In this document: piece by piece, positions 58,375 to 64,000 of the stretch
Layout of the letters: the number at the start of each line of letters is the position of its first letter
Position numbering within the stretch: position 1 is the first letter of the stretch
Origin: Macrostomum lignano
Taxonomy: Eukaryota
Assembly: GCA_002269645.1 (NCBI GenBank)
Contig: NIVC01003577.1
Span: 1 to 64,000 of the forward strand
DNA length: 64,000 nt
Direction of reading: 5' to 3'
The notes under the pieces: generated by a model
Seen by the model: the letters and a program-made list of their open reading frames with translations, nothing else
The model's database searches: none
Told to the model about the DNA's origin: nothing
Position numbers and translations under genes: made by a program

Positions 58375-59345
58375 GTTTTGGGTACAGTAAGTGCCTAGAA
58401 TTTGTCCTTGTGTGTTTAGGTTGTGGGTACAGCAAGTGCCTAGAATTTGTCCTGGTGTGTTTAGGTTGTGGGTACAGCAAGTGCCTAGAATTTGTCCTGG
58501 TGCGTTTAAGTTTTGGGTACAGTAAGTGCCTAGAATTTTTCCTGTTGTGTTTAGGTTGTGGGTACAGTAAGTGCCTAGAATTTGTCCTGGTGTGTTTAGG
58601 TTGTGGGTACAGTAAGTGCCTAGAATTTTTCCTGTTGTGTTTAGGTTGTGGGTACAGTAAGTGCCTAGAATTTGTCCTGGTGTGTTTAGGTTGTGGGTAC
58701 AGTAAGTGTCTAGAATTTTTCCTGTTGTGTTTAGGTTGTGGGTACAGTAAGTGCCTAGAATTTTTCCTGGTGTGTTTAGATTGTGGGTACAGCAAGTGCC
58801 TAGAATTTTTCCTGTTGTGTTTAGGTTGTGGGTACAGTAAGTGCCTGTAGGCTTGTCCCAGTGTGCTTTGGTTGTGGATAAAGTAAGTGTCTATAAGCTT
58901 GTTCCCTGGTGTGTTTAGATTGTGGGTACAGCAAGTGCCTAGAGTTTGTCCTGGTGTGTTTAGGTTGTGGGTTCAGTAAGTGCCTAGAATTTGTCCTGGT
59001 GTGCTTAGGTTGTGGGTACAGTAAGTGCCTAGAACTTGTCCTGGTGTGTTTAGGTTGTGGGTTCAGTAAGTGCCTAGAATTTGTGCTGGTGTGTTTAGGT
59101 TGTGGGTTCAGTAAGTGCCTAGAATTTGTGCTGGTGTGTTTAGGTTGTGGGTTCAGTAAGTGCCTAGAATTTGTGCTGGTGTGCTTAGGTTGTGGGTTCA
59201 GTAAGTGCCTAGAATTTGTCCTGGTGTGTTTAGGTTGTGGGTTCAGTAAGTGCCTAGAATTTGTCCTGGTGTGTTTAGGTTGTGGGTTCAGTAAGTGCCT
59301 AGAATTTGTCCTGGTGTGTTTAGGTTGTGGGTTCAGTAAGTGCAT
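58375..59345. repeat. 45-bp minisatellite (~21 units)
   Basis: TGTGGGTACAGTAAGTGCCTAGAATTTGTCCTGGTGTGTTTAGGT. Confidence 0.96.
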
Positions 59346-60321
59346 TTAAGTTAGTGTATTCGTTCAGTCTTTTGCTGAAAATCTATAACTAACCTGTCAG
59401 TGTAGGATCAATTTACAAAACTTTATGGGTCCATTTAGTTATTTTCTCAATGTAAGACGGAAGTAGTTTCGTACGAGTACAAAAGAATAGTTGCAACCCA
59501 GAGGCAGCAGATGGTTCCTTTCAAACCTAAAAGTTGACAAATTAGGAATTGTAGCTTTTTCTAGCTCTTATTTGCTACAGCTATAGACGACTAACAACAA
59601 ATTCACTCGAGGTCGAACACACGCTAGCGATAAAACTTGAGTATACTTTTTAGCTTTCCAAGTTTGCTCAGTCAATACCAAGGCTTGTGCTGAGAGGCTT
59701 TTGCTTAGCTGAAAGATCTCAATTCGAGGTTGTAAAAATACTGCCATAGGAGTCAAATCAAGCAAGACCCTGAGACCCAGCAGTGTGGGGTTGCAATGCG
59801 GTCATGCAAGTGAGTCGGGTGATCCGCTAAGAGAAGACCAATATCGATACAGCAACAGTTTTCTTTGGAGAAGAGAATTTATGAAATAATTATACTTTAC
59901 ACTTGAAGGCTAGCAGGCTACACTCTGCACTCTATCCACGAATGTGGATTGATATACAGGTGTATAGGTATATACATGTACAAGTACGTGGGTACTTTTC
60001 GATGTGGAAGCATAGCATGCACAATGTATCTTTCAACAGAGTTATATCTCTCCAGAGAGTATCCAGCGTTAGGCTTGAGCTGAGCGGGCTTAAATAATCA
60101 AACACTCTCGGAGGACCAGATTTTGGAACCGACTGGGACCGACTTCCTCAGTTTGAAATGTCTGCTAGATACAGGAAACCAGAACTTTCTGGATAAGCTT
60201 TTCTAGTCAATGTTTGCTGTGCTCAGAAAAGTTATTGATGATCCGATAGAGGGACTGAGCTAACCTTTTTTGGACAGGCTAGCTCATGAATTATTGGCTG
60301 TGTACTTTCAACTGACTGGCG

Positions 60322-60783
60322 GACTGACTGACTGACTGACTGACTGACTGACTGACTGACTGACTGACTGACTGACTGACTGACTGACTGACTGACTGAC
60401 TGACTGACTGACTCACTGACTGACTCACTGACTGACTGACTGACTGACTGACTGACTGACTGACTGACTGACTGACTGACTGACTGACTGACTGACTGAC
60501 TGACTGACTGACTGACTGACTGACTGACTGACTGACTGACTGACTGACTGACTGACTGACTGACTGACTGACTGACTGACTGACTGACTGACTGACTGAC
60601 TGACTGACTGACTGACTGACTGACTCACTGACTGATTGACTGACTCACTGACTGACTCACTGACTGACTGACTGACTGACTGACTGACTGACTGACTGAC
60701 TGACTGACTGACTGACTGACTGACTCACTGACTGACTGACTGACTGACTGACTGACTGACTGACTGACTGACTGACTGACTGA
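60322..60783. repeat. (GACT)n microsatellite
   Basis: Direct reading. Confidence 0.98.
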
Positions 60784-61439
60784 CCATATTACTGCCCAAC
60801 CATATTATGCAGTCGTACTTACGCTCAGCAGACCAAAAAGATATGAAAATGAGATGAGACTCCTTTGATCAGTTTCCATCACTCTCTTGCCCTACCCAAT
60901 TCTTCAATTGCTACGACTTTTGCAGAGGGCTGACTGAGTCCCCAGCTTGAGCAACCTGTGCTCATCCGGTTCATGCAGGCGTGAAGTGACCCTCCCAGGC
61001 ACACAAAAATATTTGCGCCATTCATATTTTTAGATGAAAGGCTACAGTGAGCTGAGGCAAGTGCGCATTCCTGCCTAAAGTACAATAATTTGTTGTCAAA
61101 AGAGAATTGAACTCTTCTCGATGGAAGCGAGTTGTCAAAAAATTACGACATTGATTCCATCACTCGTAAAATCTAAGGATTAGTTTTTATCAGCTGTGTT
61201 TGTCTATCGAGTTCTGCTGCTGCTATCTGGGGCACGGATTTTTAGACATGTTTTTTTATTTCCCTCATCAATAAAATTCAACTCATTCGGTGTTGCTTCG
61301 CAGAGCTGCTATAAGGGCGATTCATGAGGGTTTGGGGAACGCTGCATGCGAGCTGCCTTATTTCTGTTGTTATGCGTTTTGTGTCGAGAGTAGAATCAGT
61401 GTGGAGGGCTGGGTAACGTTGACGGGGTGACGTGGTGTC

Positions 61440-61772
61440 AGCGTGACATGGGTGACAGAGTGACAGGGTGACAGGGTGACAGTGTGACAGAGTGACAGAT
61501 TGACAGAGTGACAGTGTGACAGAGTGACAGAGTGACAGTGTGACAGTGTGGCAGAGTGACAGTGTGACAAAGTGACAGTGTGACAGTGTGACAGAGTGAC
61601 AGTGTGACAGAGTGACAGTGTGACAGAGTGACAGTGTGACAGTGTGACAGAGTGACAGTGTGACAGAGTGACAGAGTGACAGAGTGACAGATTGACAGAG
61701 TGACAGAGTGATAGAGTGACAAAGTGACGGAGTGACAAAGTGACAGAGTGACAGAGTGACAGAGTGACAGAG
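61440..61772. repeat. 8-bp minisatellite (GTGACAGA/GTGACAGT)n
   Basis: Direct reading. Confidence 0.95.
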
Positions 61773-62714
61773 GGAATGGATGACAGGGGGAAGGGTGACA
61801 GTGTGGCGAATTGAAGGAGTGAACAGGATGCTTGGGTCACGGATATAGCAGGGTCACTGACAGGGTGACCGGCACCCCAGAGATAACAGTGCCTTGAATT
61901 CAAGGCCGCTCAGCAATGGCAGTCACCCAAGAGAAAAGAATTTACTCACCTCTTAACCGCAAAAGTCCCAGCAGCTAACAGTCAGTCTTACTGTTTTATA
62001 AATTTCTAAATTGGCTTAATATTTCTTCTTTAATAATTATTGACCTGTAGATTAATGACGGCGACGAAAAGGGATTTCCAAAAAAGAGAGTAGGAGAAGT
62101 AGATTAAATAATCTTCCCCAACAGAGGCATGATGATGAGGCAACAAAAAGAGGCTGGGAGGCGCTCAGACTTCAGGAAGTGCCGGTCTAAGGGGTAATCT
62201 ATCTAGGATTAGACCGGTTCCAGAGACAGATCTGGGAGCACGAGACACACAGCGGGATAAATTTCCCATAGAAGGCTAGCTTTTGGGATTTAAAATGCGG
62301 TGGTGGACGACTGCTCAGACCCAATCAGAATTGAGATCGGTCTACCCCCTCGATCCGACTCCCCCAATTCTTGAGGGAAATGAAGAATGAATCTTAATTG
62401 ATAGTGGGGGATTCGCCTTTGTATCGCATTTTTTCCTTTCGCTTTGCTGAACTCCATGGGCTTTTGTTGATCTTATCTGACCAGCCGTTCGAGACGAGTC
62501 AGACAAATTTTTTTTACTAGCTTTATTATTTTCCAGAGGTTATTGTTGAGGAGATTGAAGTCAACTGGGTTTGGAGTCAGAGATTGGAAAACTGTGCAAG
62601 TTATGGAATTCAATGTACTGTGATGCTCACAATAGTATGAGACACTGAAGTGAGGCCGGGTCTGTGCAGGGATTGAAAAAATTTTCAGAAGAGAGAGGCA
62701 AGGGTCTGGAAAGG

Positions 62715-64000
62715 GAGGAAAAGGAAGGGTCCGGGAAGGGAGGAGATGGAAGGGTCTGGGAAGGGAGGAGATGGAAGGGAGGAGATGGAAGGGTCTGGGA
62801 AGGGAGGAGAGGGAAGGGAGGAGAGGGAAGGGAGAGAGGGAAGGGTCTGGGAAGGGAGGAGAGGGAAGGAAGAAGATGGAACGGAGGAGATGGAAGGGAG
62901 TAGATGGAAGGGAGGAGAGGGAAGGGAGGAGAGGGAAGGGAGGAGATGGAAGGGAGGAAATGGAAGGGTCTGGGAAGGGAGGAGATGGAAGGGAGTAGAT
63001 GGAAGGGAGGAGATGGAAGGGAGGAGAGGGAAGGAAGGAGATGGAACGGAGGAGATGGAAGGGAGTAGATGGAAGGGAGGAGATGGAAGGGAGGAGAGGG
63101 AAGGGAGGAGAGGGGAGGGAGGAGAGGGAAGGGAGGAGATGGAAGGGAGTAGATGTAAGGGAGGAGAGGGAAGGGAGTAGATGGAAGGGAGGAGAGGGTA
63201 GGGAGGAGATGGAAGGGAGAAGATGGAAGGGAGTAGATGGAAGGGAGGAGAGGGGAGGGAGGAGAGGGAAGGGAGGAGATGGAAGGGAGGAGATGGAAGG
63301 GAGGAGATGGAAGAGAGGAGATGGAAGGGAGGAGATGGAAGGGAGGAGATGGAAGGGAGGAGATGGAAGGGAGGAGATGGAAGGGAGGAGATGGAAGGGA
63401 GGAGATGGAAGGGAGGAGATGGAAGGGAGGAGAGGGAAGGGAGGAGAGGGAAGGGAGGAGATGGAACGGAGGAGATGGAAGGGAGTAGATGTAAGGAAGG
63501 AGAGGGAAGGGAGGAGAGGGAAGGGAGGAGATGGAAGGGAGGAGATAGAAGGGAGAAGATGGAAGGGAGTAGATGGAAGGGAGGAGAGGGGAGGGAGGAG
63601 AGGGAAGGGAGGAGATGGAAGGGAGTAGATGTAAGGGAGGAGAGGGAAGGGAGGAGAGGGAAGGGAGGAGATGGAAGGGAGGAGAGGGGAGGGAGGAGAT
63701 GGAAGGGAGGAGAGGGGAGGGAGGAGATGGAAGAGAGGAGATGGAAGGGAGGAGATGGAAGGGAGGAGATGGAAGGGAGGAGATGGAAGGGAGGAGATGG
63801 AAGGGAGGAGATGGAAGGGAGGAGATGGAAGGGAGGAGATGGAAGGGAGGAGATGGAAGGGAGGAGATGGAAGGGAGGAGATGGAAGGGAGGAGATGGAA
63901 GGGAGGAGATGGAAGGGAGGAGATGGAAGGGAGGAGATGGAAGGGAGGAGATGGAAGGGAGGAGAGGGAAGGGAGGAGACGGAAGGGAGGAGAGGGAAGG
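62715..64000. repeat. Polypurine minisatellite (GGAAGGGAGGAGA[T/G], 14-bp core), running off the window
   Basis: Direct reading; explains the ORFs at 62746-63628. Confidence 0.96.

Overview
Eukaryotic, very probably invertebrate-animal, genomic DNA: GT-AG introns, GC-rich host exons and dense mini/microsatellites. The style recalls Macrostomum-type flatworm DNA, but that is inference only. (1) 1-~12.67 kb is the right-hand part of a Polinton/Maverick (adintovirus-like endogenous dsDNA virus). It carries major capsid, core/membrane ORFs, packaging ATPase, adenain-type protease, protein-primed PolB, a pX-like ORF, a DDE integrase and a parvovirus-type PLA2, most of them broken by small indels. 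(2) 13.3-21.7 kb holds satellites and a 7-exon minus-strand gene for an ankyrin-repeat plus Ser/Thr kinase protein. (3) 22075-33682 is a Gmr1-like Ty3/Gypsy LTR retrotransposon (SCAN-like gag; INT-RT-RNaseH order) with both LTRs, a tRNA-Leu PBS and a perfect 5-bp TSD. Its protease region is replaced by a 7.8-kb block from a second, related Polinton; this chimera is the most striking feature. (4) 34-46 kb is repeat-rich, with tRNA-derived SINE copies and a LINE remnant. (5) 46.1-47.5 kb is an orphan membrane-protein ORF. (6) 49951-58023 is a 5-exon Shaw/Kv3-family K+ channel gene with a degenerate voltage sensor and gate. (7) Satellites run to the end. All calls come from reading motifs by eye; no database search was run.
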